Source: Clostridia bacterium
GTDB taxonomy: Bacteria; Bacillota; Clostridia; Oscillospirales; CAG-272
Length of the DNA stretch: 64,000 nucleotides
NCBI GenBank assembly: GCA_017462615.1
Contig: JAFTQT010000046.1
Span: 26,892 to 90,891 of the forward strand
Reading direction: 5' to 3'
A model generated the notes under the pieces. It ran no database searches. It was given only the letters and a program-made list of their open reading frames with translations, and was not told where the DNA came from. Position numbers and translations under genes: made by a program. This document shows positions 1 through 7,822 of this stretch, piece after piece (the stretch's first letter is position 1; every line of letters starts with the position of its first letter).

Positions 1-638
1 CCACGCTTCTCGCCGCCCACCACCAACAGTATTGGCTTTTTGAGAGGGGCATCATACATTGAAAGCGCGTTTCTGATACCCGCGCATGCCACAAGGTAGC
101 CTGCGGATCGGGCAGCAGAAATGGAGGTCATTACATCATCGGCGAACATTGGCAATGCCTCCGAAGCGCCCGCGGAAGCACGTGCCACAACGCCCGCAGC
201 AGTCATCCAATTGCGCTCGCCCAATAGCACGCCGTCACATCCGGCCGCGTAGAGAGAGCGCAGTGCATACCCGAAATTATAGGGATCCTCAATCCCCTCA
301 AGCAGGCATAAAAAGCCGCCGGAAGGCAGATTTTGAGGCGTGGGGCGGGGAAGCGTGCGCTCTCCGCAAATGGCGACGATACCACCGTGGGTATTACCAA
401 CGGTCAGCTTATCGATCTCCTCGGCGCTGACCTCTTCCAGCGGTATCCCCATTTCCGCGCATTTTGCGCTGAGAAAGGCCAATTCCCGGGCTTTTTTTAC
501 TTTTTTGGCACGATCAAACCAAATCTTGTGGATCACACGGTCGTTCGTACCGGCCGCTTTCGCCGCAAATAGCGCCGAAATGGAGGTCATACCCTCCATC
601 ACGTTAGAATTGGCAAAGCGAATGTCTTCCTTAATCAT
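1..638 (-). CDS. TrmH/SpoU-family RNA 2'-O-methyltransferase, 5' part (gene continues past left edge)
   Basis: Own minus-strand translation from ATG (cat 636-638) with GGAGG upstream: MIKEDIRF...LEGIEDPYNFGYALRSLYAAGCDGVLL...VARASAGASEALP...LLVVGGEKRG. This is the SpoU methylase motif pattern. The frame stays open to position 1, so the gene is absent from the ORF track. Confidence 0.75.
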   Translation of the reverse strand, partial: MIKEDIRFANSNVMEGMTSISALFAAKAAGTNDRVIHKIWFDRAKKVKKARELAFLSAKCAEMGIPLEEVSAEEIDKLTVGNTHGGIVAICGERTLPRPTPQNLPSGGFLCLLEGIEDPYNFGYALRSLYAAGCDGVLLGERNWMTAAGVVARASAGASEALPMFADDVMTSISAARSAGYLVACAGIRNALSMYDAPLKKPILLVVGGEKR

Positions 639-705
639 AAAGCGAGCCTCCGGTTCTGTTTGCGGGGAGAGCTGCATATGCTATATCAGCACCACCGCTT
701 TTTTC

Positions 706-728
706 GCTATACTACCTTTTAGTATAGC
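706..728. promoter_or_regulatory. 8-bp inverted repeat GCTATACT-N7-AGTATAGC in the divergent region upstream of spoIIID
   Basis: Read directly: 706-713 GCTATACT and 721-728 AGTATAGC. The left arm contains a TATACT -10-like hexamer. Function unknown. Confidence 0.3.
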
Positions 729-767
729 AGAAACGTGGAAAAATTTCAACAGAGAAGAGAAATTATT

Positions 768-1037
768 ATGCAAAACTTTGAGAACCGCAGCCGTCCGGAG
801 CAGCTGGGGCATTATATCACGCGCAACAAGGCGACCGTGCGTGATGCAGCAGCTTATTTTGGGATCAGTAAAAGCACGGTACATAAGGATGTGACCGTGG
901 AGCTTGCCAAACAAAACTACGGTTTGTTTTTGGAGGTAAACGGAATCTTGCAGTTCAACAAAAAGGAAAGGCACCTACGCGGAGGAGAGGCTACGCGTAA
1001 AAAATACGAGGAGGCAAAGAAAAGGGGAAGGCGTTGA
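768..1037 (+). CDS. spoIIID: Sporulation transcriptional regulator SpoIIID
   Basis: FGISKSTVHKDVT helix-turn-helix and C-terminal RHLRGGEATRKKY closely match my recollection of B. subtilis SpoIIID. I chose ATG 768 (89 aa, similar N-terminal length to SpoIIID) over the GTG at 735. Confidence 0.9.
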   Translation: MQNFENRSRPEQLGHYITRNKATVRDAAAYFGISKSTVHKDVTVELAKQNYGLFLEVNGILQFNKKERHLRGGEATRKKYEEAKKRGRR

Positions 1038-1058
1038 TTGGCCTTCCCTAATTGTTTT
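1025..1058 (+). terminator. Rho-independent terminator of spoIIID
   Basis: Stem GGGAAGGC (1025-1032) / GCCTTCCC (1041-1048) overlaps the stop codon and is followed by TAATTGTTTT. Confidence 0.6.
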
Positions 1059-1094
1059 CAATACACGAAATTATACAAAATGCAAATTTTGTAT

Positions 1095-1127
1095 AAAAAA
1101 GGGAATAAAAAACGCCCCAATAGGGGC
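1095..1127 (-). terminator. Orphan terminator-like hairpin plus T-run (minus strand)
   Basis: GCCCC-aata-GGGGC (1114-1127). On the minus strand it is followed by GTTTTTTATTCCCTTTTTT. No annotated minus-strand gene lies upstream of it. The stem is only 5 bp. Confidence 0.35.
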
Positions 1128-1283
1128 TTCGCAATGGGGTTCCACAGATATCTTTTTTTAGGGTTCTTTGTTTTTGCGTGAGGCGCTTCGCGTCACTTAA
1201 AATTCTTTCGTGATAGATCTTTATAGCAAAAAAACAATCCATCACTTTTGCTATGATGTGCGCGGAATCTGTAATTGGTGTTT

Positions 1284-1650
1284 TTGCCGCTAAAAATTTT
1301 TGTTGGCAACGGACTCTCCATTATCCGCATGAAAAATTTTTGTTCTACATGTTTGCGTAGCACGATCACCTCTGAATGACATTAAAAATTTTTTGTTGCA
1401 ACGGACACTTCATTGTCGAGCGCTAAAATTTTGGATCTGTGTTTTCGTCCTGCGCGATTTTGTTCGGACGACGTTAAAAATTTTTTATTGCAACGGACTC
1501 TTCATCGTTAAGCGCTATTATTTTCACTCCGCATTTTTGAGAAATTGCGCATTTTATCCAGGCTATCATAGGCAGGTGAAATTTATTTTTTACCGCGATG
1601 GACTCTCCATCATTTTTCTCTAAAATTTTGAGTGCCCATGTGATTCGGCA
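1284..1650. repeat. Degenerate bipartite tandem repeat array, 4 units of about 92 bp
   Basis: Motif TTAAAAATTTTTTGTTGCAACGGACNCTTCAT occurs with GGAC cores at 1311, 1403, 1495 and 1600. Copies at 1382-1423 and 1474-1515 match at 37 of 42 positions. A second motif, TAAAATTTTG, is interleaved at about 1331, 1424, 1517 and 1621. Confidence 0.75.
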
Positions 1651-1796
1651 TTTCTCTCTCCGCGCTCCCCATGTCAAATTCCCTCCAATATGATTTTGTA
1701 TAATTTTCAAGCTAAAAAGCTGCGTTATTTTTTTGTTCCAATCCACCAAAAAAGATCGCTTCTTTCTGTATCAAATGCCGAATTTTCAAAAAGTAT

Positions 1797-1825
1797 TTGC
1801 TTTGCTGACAAAGTTATGTTATACT
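1797..1825 (+). promoter_or_regulatory. Sigma-A-type promoter candidate for the 1923 gene
   Basis: TTGCTT (1797-1802), 17 nt, TATACT (1820-1825), with an extended TG at 1817-1818. Confidence 0.4.
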
Positions 1826-1922
1826 ATACTGGAAGACATGGGGGAAAGCCGCTGATTTAGCGCTTTGAGGCGCTGGCAGTACCCTTTTTGTGCTGAAAAT
1901 TTACATATCGGAGGTTTTTCCA

Positions 1923-2351
1923 ATGGCCATCAAAATGCGTGTTCTGTACGCTTCCAACAAGAAAAAGATCGTCTCTATGGCACAGATGATCAAGGCAGAG
2001 TTCGACCTGCCTGTGAACGCTGTAGACAAAATCGAGCAGCCCGCTTATCCCTGTGATAAGGAGCGCATCGTATTCCTGATGTTCTCCCTGAAGGGCGAGC
2101 CCAGCGACGTGGTACGTCGTTTCTGCGGTGAGCTGAACAAGGGTCGCGCCAACAACGTGGCACTGATCGTTGACGGCAATGAGGCCGCTGCCAACAAGAT
2201 GAAGGAGATCCTCTCCGCTGCCGGTACTTCTGTGGCCGACGAGGTATTCTATGTAAAAACCTCCTTCCTTTCCTTCCTGGATTCCATCACTCCCGAGGAA
2301 AAGGAAGCTCTGCTTGCCTACGCGCATCGTATCGTGGACAACCTGCAGTAA
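1923..2351 (+). CDS. Hypothetical protein (possibly flavodoxin-like fold)
   Basis: ORF-track frame 1890..2351. I chose ATG 1923, 8 nt after GGAGG (1910-1914). No family motif recognised. Confidence 0.65.
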   Translation: MAIKMRVLYASNKKKIVSMAQMIKAEFDLPVNAVDKIEQPAYPCDKERIVFLMFSLKGEPSDVVRRFCGELNKGRANNVALIVDGNEAAANKMKEILSAAGTSVADEVFYVKTSFLSFLDSITPEEKEALLAYAHRIVDNLQ

Positions 2352-2423
2352 TATTTGATTTTCCAAAGTCGCGTCGGCCTCTTCCCAGAAGCCAACGCGA
2401 CTTATTGGTTTCCGACAACAAAT

Positions 2424-2463
2424 AATGCCCCCGGCGCATAACTCCTTATGCGCCGGGGGCATT
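2424..2463. terminator. Bidirectional terminator hairpin between convergent genes
   Basis: Perfect 18-bp stem AATGCCCCCGGCGCATAA / TTATGCGCCGGGGGCATT with loop CTCC, between the stops at 2351 (+) and 2482 (-). Confidence 0.7.
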
Positions 2464-2481
2464 AAAAGTTTTAACAAAGCA

Positions 2482-2901
2482 TTACAAATTCATATACTTT
2501 TCGATCAGTGCATCAAATTGTTCTGCATTGCAGATAAAACGGGAGTTGCGACCAACAAAGCGACCATCTTCATCATATCGCATATGCTTGGATTCTATAG
2601 CGGAAATGATGTCGTATTCGCCATTTTCAAAAGTGATTACAAAACACTTTTTTCTGGGATACTTTAGGCTCCCTCCATATTTGGTCATTTCTAAATTTTC
2701 AATATCGCTGTATAACTGTTCGATAACATCCAAGCCCAATTCTTTTAGAACCGTATAAATATACGCATCTTCTGCCTCTACGATTTCAATTTTGGTTACA
2801 CACGAGGCGTCCTTTTCAAATTCCCAATGATAAATCGTATTATCTTTACAACCGGAACAAAGTATGACCACACAGAATAGGATTATCAAAAATCGTTTCA
2901 T
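2482..2901 (-). CDS. Hypothetical lipoprotein
   Basis: N-terminus MKRFLIILFCVVILCSGC is a signal peptide plus lipobox (L-C-S-G-C). The gene is AT-rich (33% G+C in a sampled line). Confidence 0.7.
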   Translation of the reverse strand: MKRFLIILFCVVILCSGCKDNTIYHWEFEKDASCVTKIEIVEAEDAYIYTVLKELGLDVIEQLYSDIENLEMTKYGGSLKYPRKKCFVITFENGEYDIISAIESKHMRYDEDGRFVGRNSRFICNAEQFDALIEKYMNL

Positions 2902-3001
2902 AATCTACCTCCACAATAATCAAGCTTTGAAATGAGGGCTTAATCAACTCGGCCAAATCCATTATACCACAAAGCTCTCATTTTGTCAAATTTTCCCCTA
3001 T

Positions 3002-3027
3002 GCCTGCCGTTTGGCGGGCGCTTTTTT
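3002..3027 (+). terminator. Orphan terminator-like hairpin
   Basis: GCCTGCC-gttt-GGCGGGC (one G-U pair), then GC and TTTTTT. It lies between divergent genes with no plus-strand gene directly upstream. Confidence 0.35.
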
Positions 3028-3088
3028 GTTCATTTACGCTTTCCTGCATTTCCAGCGCCGTTTTTTTGCAAAAAAACGCTCAAGAGTG

Positions 3089-3117
3089 TTGCTATATCCG
3101 CTTTTTTATGCTATAAT
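3089..3117 (+). promoter_or_regulatory. Sigma-A-type promoter candidate
   Basis: TTGCTA (3089-3094), 17 nt, TATAAT (3112-3117), with TGc directly upstream of the -10. Confidence 0.5.
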
Positions 3118-3150
3118 AAGATATTACATTACTATTAAGTGAGGTATCCC

Positions 3151-4365
3151 ATGAAATATTTTGTTCTCATACCGGACGGCATGGCCGACGAGTCCATTGC
3201 CACTCTGCAAGATAAGACTCCCATGGAAGCAGCAAACAAGCCCTGTATGGACGCGCTGGCCAAAACCGCCTTTGTAGGCACGGTCTCCAACGTACCGGAG
3301 GGCATGGTGCCCGAAAGCGACACCGCCAATCTTGCCATTCTTTCCTACGATCCCAAGACCTATTCCAAGGGTCGCTCTCCCCTGGAAGCCGTCAGCATGG
3401 GCATCGAAATGCAACCCGACGAGACCGCTTACCGCTGCAACGTAGTTACCCTCAGCGACGAGGGCGAGGATTACGACGACAAGATCATCCTTGACCACAG
3501 CGCCGACGAGATCACCACCGCCGAGGCTGATCAGCTGATCAAGGCTCTGCAAGCGCATTTCGGCAACGAGAGCCGCAAATTTTATACCGGCGTCAGCTAC
3601 CGCCATTGCCTCATCCGCAAAAACGGCAACGACACCTATCCCTTTATGCGTCCCCACGACATTCTTGGAAAGCGTATTGGCGAATATCTGCCTGCCAAGG
3701 AGGGCGACGGTCGCGAGTTTTACGACCTGATGCGGGAAAGCTTTGACATTTTGAATCATCATCCCGTCAACGAGGCGCGGAGAGCCCGCGGTCTGAAGCC
3801 AGCCAACTCCGCCTGGTTCTGGAGCCCCGGCAAAAAGCCGCAGCTCCCCTCCTTCCGTGAAAAATGGGGGCTTGGTGCCGCCGTGATTTCCGCCGTTGAC
3901 CTCATCAAGGGTATCGGCCTTTGCGCCGGTATGCGCTCTATTGACGTGGAGGGTGCCACCGGCAACGTACACACCAATTACGATGGCAAGGCTGCGGCTG
4001 CCATTGAGGCCTTCCGCGACGGATGCGATTTCGTTTACGTCCACGTGGAGGCGCCCGACGAGTGCGGCCACCGTGCGGAGCTCGAAAACAAGGTACGCTC
4101 CATTGAGTTGATCGATTCCAAGATCCTTGCCCCTGTGCTTGCATACCTAAAGGAGTGTGGCGAGGACTTCAAGGTCATGATCCTGCCCGATCACCCCACG
4201 CCCATCCGCCTGCGCACCCACACCATCGATCCCGTTCCCTTCCTCATTTATGCCTCCGATGCCACCTGCGAGGGCGTTTCCTGCTTCTCGGAGTGCACTG
4301 CCGCTGCCAAGCAGAACTACCTGCCAAACGGTTATCGGCTGCTTGAGTTACTCACGCAAAAATAA
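3151..4365 (+). CDS. Cofactor-independent phosphoglycerate mutase family protein (ApgM-like; 'proposed homoserine kinase' family)
   Basis: MKYFVLIPDGMADE...TPMEAANKPCMDALA...YVHVEAPDECGHRAE...ILPDHPTP is the archaeal-type iPGM/metalloenzyme pattern. ATG 3151 follows GTGAGG. Confidence 0.8.
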   Translation: MKYFVLIPDGMADESIATLQDKTPMEAANKPCMDALAKTAFVGTVSNVPEGMVPESDTANLAILSYDPKTYSKGRSPLEAVSMGIEMQPDETAYRCNVVTLSDEGEDYDDKIILDHSADEITTAEADQLIKALQAHFGNESRKFYTGVSYRHCLIRKNGNDTYPFMRPHDILGKRIGEYLPAKEGDGREFYDLMRESFDILNHHPVNEARRARGLKPANSAWFWSPGKKPQLPSFREKWGLGAAVISAVDLIKGIGLCAGMRSIDVEGATGNVHTNYDGKAAAAIEAFRDGCDFVYVHVEAPDECGHRAELENKVRSIELIDSKILAPVLAYLKECGEDFKVMILPDHPTPIRLRTHTIDPVPFLIYASDATCEGVSCFSECTAAAKQNYLPNGYRLLELLTQK

Positions 4366-4385
4366 TCTGCTATAAGGAGATTACT

Positions 4386-4982
4386 ATGTCAGAATCCAAG
4401 CAAAAAAATGCCTCGGTCAAAAAGCCCTTTGCTGTCGCGGCACTGGATTACGTGGAAATGTTCGTGCTGGCTACAGCCGTGGTCATACTGTTGCTGACCT
4501 TCTGCGCCCGGCTTTGCGTCGTAAGCGGTGATTCCATGAAAAACACGCTTTTCCACGGCCAGACCTTAGTCGTTTCCAATCTGTTTTATACACCGAAGTC
4601 CGGCGACATCATCGTGCTGCACCAGACGGGTGCCATTTACAACGAGCCTATCGTCAAGCGGGTCATTGCCACCGGCGGTCAGCACGTACGCATCGATTAT
4701 ATGAATAACAAGGTCTACGTCTCTGATGACGATGTCTTTACGGAGGACGAGATCATTGACGAAAGCAGTTACGCTTATTTTGATAAAGGAGGGCTCTGGA
4801 AGGAGGCTGCCAGCCTCACGCCTCCCGAGAATTTCGCCGTACCGGATGGTCACCTCTTTGTTTTGGGCGATAACCGCAACGTATCCGCCGACAGCCGTAC
4901 CGACGATATCGGTATGGTGGATGAACGCCGGGTACTGGGCAAGGTGCTTTTCCGCCTTGCGCCCTTTCAATCCTTTTCGTGA
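4386..4982 (+). CDS. lepB: Signal peptidase I
   Basis: N-terminal TM segment. Box B GDSMKNTL, box D VKRVIATGG and box E GDNRNVSADSR are present. Confidence 0.9.
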   Translation: MSESKQKNASVKKPFAVAALDYVEMFVLATAVVILLLTFCARLCVVSGDSMKNTLFHGQTLVVSNLFYTPKSGDIIVLHQTGAIYNEPIVKRVIATGGQHVRIDYMNNKVYVSDDDVFTEDEIIDESSYAYFDKGGLWKEAASLTPPENFAVPDGHLFVLGDNRNVSADSRTDDIGMVDERRVLGKVLFRLAPFQSFS

Positions 4983-4990
4983 GGTAAGCT

Positions 4991-5875
4991 ATGCCAACTG
5001 ATATCATACAATGGTTTCCCGGCCACATGGCCAAAACCAGACGACTGATAGAAGAAAATCTGAAGCACGTGGACGTCGTGATCGAGCTGCTGGATGCCCG
5101 TATCCCACAAAGCTCCCGCAACCCGGAGATCGAACGCCTCACCGCCGGAAAGCCCATCATCACCCTACTCAACAAATCCCAGCTGGCAGACCCTGCCGAA
5201 ACCGAAAAATGGGCGCGGCACTATACCGGAGAGGGGCGCATCTGCATCCCCTTTGATTGCGTTGGCAAAAAGGGTCTTGACAAGCTGATGCCTGCTATTC
5301 GTACCGTGCTTGCTGATAAAATTGAGCGTTACGAGCAAAAGGGCATGAGCGGCCGTCGCTTGAAGGCCATGGTCGTAGGTATTCCCAATGTGGGGAAATC
5401 CTCTCTGATCAATCTACTTGGAGGCACCAAAAAGGCCAAGGTAGAAAACCGTCCGGGCGTGACGCTCCGTCCTCAGTGGGTCTCTACGGACGCGGGGCTT
5501 GACTTGATGGATATGCCCGGCGTGCTTTGGCCTCGCTTTGACCACCGGGAAACCGGAGAAAATCTGGCCATTACCGGTGCCATCAAGGACGATGTGGTGG
5601 AGCTGCTGACCCTTGCTGTGACCCTTTGCCACAAGCTGCGCCGCGATTATCCCGATCAACTGGCTGCCCGCTATAAGCTCGACGTCGCTGAGGTAACGGG
5701 AGAACGCACAGACTACGAATTATTTGAATATATTGGCAAGAAACGCGGATTTCTCATCAGCGGCGGCGAGATCAACGAGGAGCGTACCGCCAATATGCTA
5801 TTAGACGAATTCCGCGCCGCCAAAATCGGCCGCATCACCCTGGACCGCATTCCGGAAGGAGGCCCTTCATGCTGA
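4991..5875 (+). CDS. rbgA: Ribosome biogenesis GTPase A (YlqF/RbgA)
   Basis: WFPGHMAKTRR start, circularly permuted GTPase motifs (LNKSQL, GIPNVGKSSLIN, DMPG), and the conserved position upstream of rnhB. Confidence 0.9.
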   Translation: MPTDIIQWFPGHMAKTRRLIEENLKHVDVVIELLDARIPQSSRNPEIERLTAGKPIITLLNKSQLADPAETEKWARHYTGEGRICIPFDCVGKKGLDKLMPAIRTVLADKIERYEQKGMSGRRLKAMVVGIPNVGKSSLINLLGGTKKAKVENRPGVTLRPQWVSTDAGLDLMDMPGVLWPRFDHRETGENLAITGAIKDDVVELLTLAVTLCHKLRRDYPDQLAARYKLDVAEVTGERTDYELFEYIGKKRGFLISGGEINEERTANMLLDEFRAAKIGRITLDRIPEGGPSC

Positions 5876-6468
5876 ATTACGAGCTGGAAGCAACCCTTGA
5901 GGCTGAGGGCTATACTGCCGTTTGCGGCGTGGATGAGGCGGGACGAGGCCCGCTCTGCGGTCCGGTAGCTGCCGCTGCCTGCATCCTGCCCACGGGTCTT
6001 GTGATCGAGGGGCTGAACGATTCCAAAAAGCTCACCGAGAAAAAGCGAGAGCTGCTTTACGACGAGATCTGCGAAAAGGCCATTGCCTATTGCGTAGTCC
6101 TCGGTAGCGTAGAGGAGATCAACGAAACTGATATTCTTTCCACCACGCTGCACGCCATGCGTCGCGCCATCGAGGGGCTTTCCGTCAAGGCGGATTACGC
6201 TCTCATTGACGGTAACATTACCCGCGGCTTTTCCCTGCCCTGCCGCGCCGTGGTGCATGGTGACGCCATCTCTCCCAGTATCGCAGCTGCCTCGATCCTG
6301 GCCAAGGTCACTCGTGATCGCATTTGTCTGGAGCTGGATGCCGCCCATCCGGAATACGGCATTGCCAAGCACAAGGGCTACGGCACCAAGGCACATATGG
6401 ATGCCTTACGCAAGCACGGTCCCTGTGAGATCTACCGCACCAAATTTATTCGTTTTCTTGACAAATGA
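5869..6468 (+). CDS. rnhB: Ribonuclease HII
   Basis: GVDEAGRGPLCGPV and LNDSKKL motifs. Overlaps the rbgA stop by 7 nt. Confidence 0.9.
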   Translation: MLNYELEATLEAEGYTAVCGVDEAGRGPLCGPVAAAACILPTGLVIEGLNDSKKLTEKKRELLYDEICEKAIAYCVVLGSVEEINETDILSTTLHAMRRAIEGLSVKADYALIDGNITRGFSLPCRAVVHGDAISPSIAAASILAKVTRDRICLELDAAHPEYGIAKHKGYGTKAHMDALRKHGPCEIYRTKFIRFLDK

Positions 6469-6866
6469 AAGCATACACCAGCCAAGAAATCGGAAAGATC
6501 GGCGAAAAGCTGGCCGCCCGCTATCTGAAGCGGCAAGGCTACCGCGTGCTGCATAAAAATCGCCATTTCGGCAAAAACGAGCTGGATCTGGTGGTTAAAA
6601 GCAAAACGCATATCGCCTTTGTGGAGGTCAAGACCCGCTCCTTTGAAAATGAAGGGGAAGCTATCACGCGTCCGGCACTTGCCGTAAATGCCGAAAAGCG
6701 TCGTCGCACCGTGGAAGCTGCCTTTGGATACCTGCACGCACATTCCACGCACCTCGTTCCGCGCTTCGACGTAGTGGAGGTCTATCTCAATCGTTCCCGT
6801 CGGATGAAGCCCTTCAAAATTCATCATATTCCCGACGCTTTTCGCGCCAACGGAGGGGTTCGATAA
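6465..6866 (+). CDS. YraN family (UPF0102) endonuclease-like protein
   Basis: GEKLAARYLKRQGYRVL...ELDLV...IAFVEVKTR pattern. ATGA overlap with the rnhB stop. Confidence 0.85.
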   Translation: MKAYTSQEIGKIGEKLAARYLKRQGYRVLHKNRHFGKNELDLVVKSKTHIAFVEVKTRSFENEGEAITRPALAVNAEKRRRTVEAAFGYLHAHSTHLVPRFDVVEVYLNRSRRMKPFKIHHIPDAFRANGGVR

Positions 6867-7805
6867 ATGAAGCTCATTGATTTTCATTGTGACACACCTG
6901 CCGCATTGTTTCGAAGCAAAGGGACGCTTCGCGTCAACCCAAAGCTGCAGGTCGATATCGAAAGAACCACCGTATTTGACGGCTACTGTCAAATAGCAGC
7001 CTGCTTTTGTCCATCGGCTCTTAATAACGAAGCGGGCTTTGCAATTGTGAAGCAGTATGCCGCCTATTTGCAAAGCGCCATTGCCGCCGAGCCCGATGCG
7101 ATGCTTATATCAAGCGGTAACGAAATGACAGCCACCATGGAAAGCGGAAAGCGTGCCTTTCTTCTTGCTACAGAGGATCTTCGCATTCTGAACGGCGATC
7201 TTTCCCGTGTCAAGCATCTACGGGAATTGGGGGTACGCTTTGCCACGTTGGTTTGGCGCGGCGTTTCCTGCATTGGAGGCGCCCACAACACGGACGAGGG
7301 TCTGTCCGCCTTCGGGCGGGAGGCGGTGACCGCGCTTCTTGAAAGCGGCATCGTGCCCGACGTTTCCCACGCCTCACGAGAAACGCTTCGTCAAACGGCA
7401 GAAATTTGCCACGCTCATAAAAAGCCCTTTGTGGCAACCCACTCCTGTGCCTTTGCGCTATGCTCTCACAGACGCAATCTAACGGATGAGGAGATTCGTC
7501 TGATTGCGGAAAGTGGCGGCGTCATTGGCGTCAATCTTTACCCGCCCTTCCTTCGCGCGGACGCACCCGCTACGCTTTCGGATATTACAGCACACGTGCG
7601 ACATCTGTTCCGTGTAGCCGGTACGGATGCCATAGTCATGGGAACCGATCTTGACGGCGTTGACCTGCTGCCGGAGGGCATCAAAGACGTAGCTGACCTT
7701 CCCCAAATTGTCGACGCCATGCAAAAAGCCGGCTTTACCACCAAGGAAATCGACAGGCTCTTTTACCAAAACGGCCTGCAATTTATAAAAAATCATCTCA
7801 ACTGA
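6867..7805 (+). CDS. Dipeptidase (M19 membrane-dipeptidase family)
   Basis: IDFHCDT, GLSAFGREAV...VPDVSHAS, PFVATHSCA...HRRNLTDEEI and GGVIGVN match the M19 motif order. Confidence 0.78.
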   Translation: MKLIDFHCDTPAALFRSKGTLRVNPKLQVDIERTTVFDGYCQIAACFCPSALNNEAGFAIVKQYAAYLQSAIAAEPDAMLISSGNEMTATMESGKRAFLLATEDLRILNGDLSRVKHLRELGVRFATLVWRGVSCIGGAHNTDEGLSAFGREAVTALLESGIVPDVSHASRETLRQTAEICHAHKKPFVATHSCAFALCSHRRNLTDEEIRLIAESGGVIGVNLYPPFLRADAPATLSDITAHVRHLFRVAGTDAIVMGTDLDGVDLLPEGIKDVADLPQIVDAMQKAGFTTKEIDRLFYQNGLQFIKNHLN

Positions 7806-7822
7806 TCAAAAGGAGTTTACTT

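Noticed and set aside
1321-1329. DnaA-box-like TTATCCGCA (and TTATCCAGG at about 1554) suggesting an origin-like element.
   Set aside because: Each has a mismatch to TTATCCACA. There are only two of them, no dnaA or dnaN nearby, and no cluster of boxes.
1284-1650. Interpreting the repeat array as a CRISPR array.
   Set aside because: The copies are only about 85-88% identical, rather than near-identical. The unit is bipartite with a second conserved motif in the would-be spacer. There are only four units, and no cas genes are in the window.
1393-1749. Track ORFs inside the repeat region (1393..1623 plus strand, 1474..1749 minus strand, 1048..1245 minus strand) as real genes.
   Set aside because: They have non-ATG or weak starts and no SD. 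Their sequence is dictated by the AT-rich repeats (KIF/KNF from A5T5 runs), and copies fall in different frames. They are kept only as a caveat in the repeat finding.
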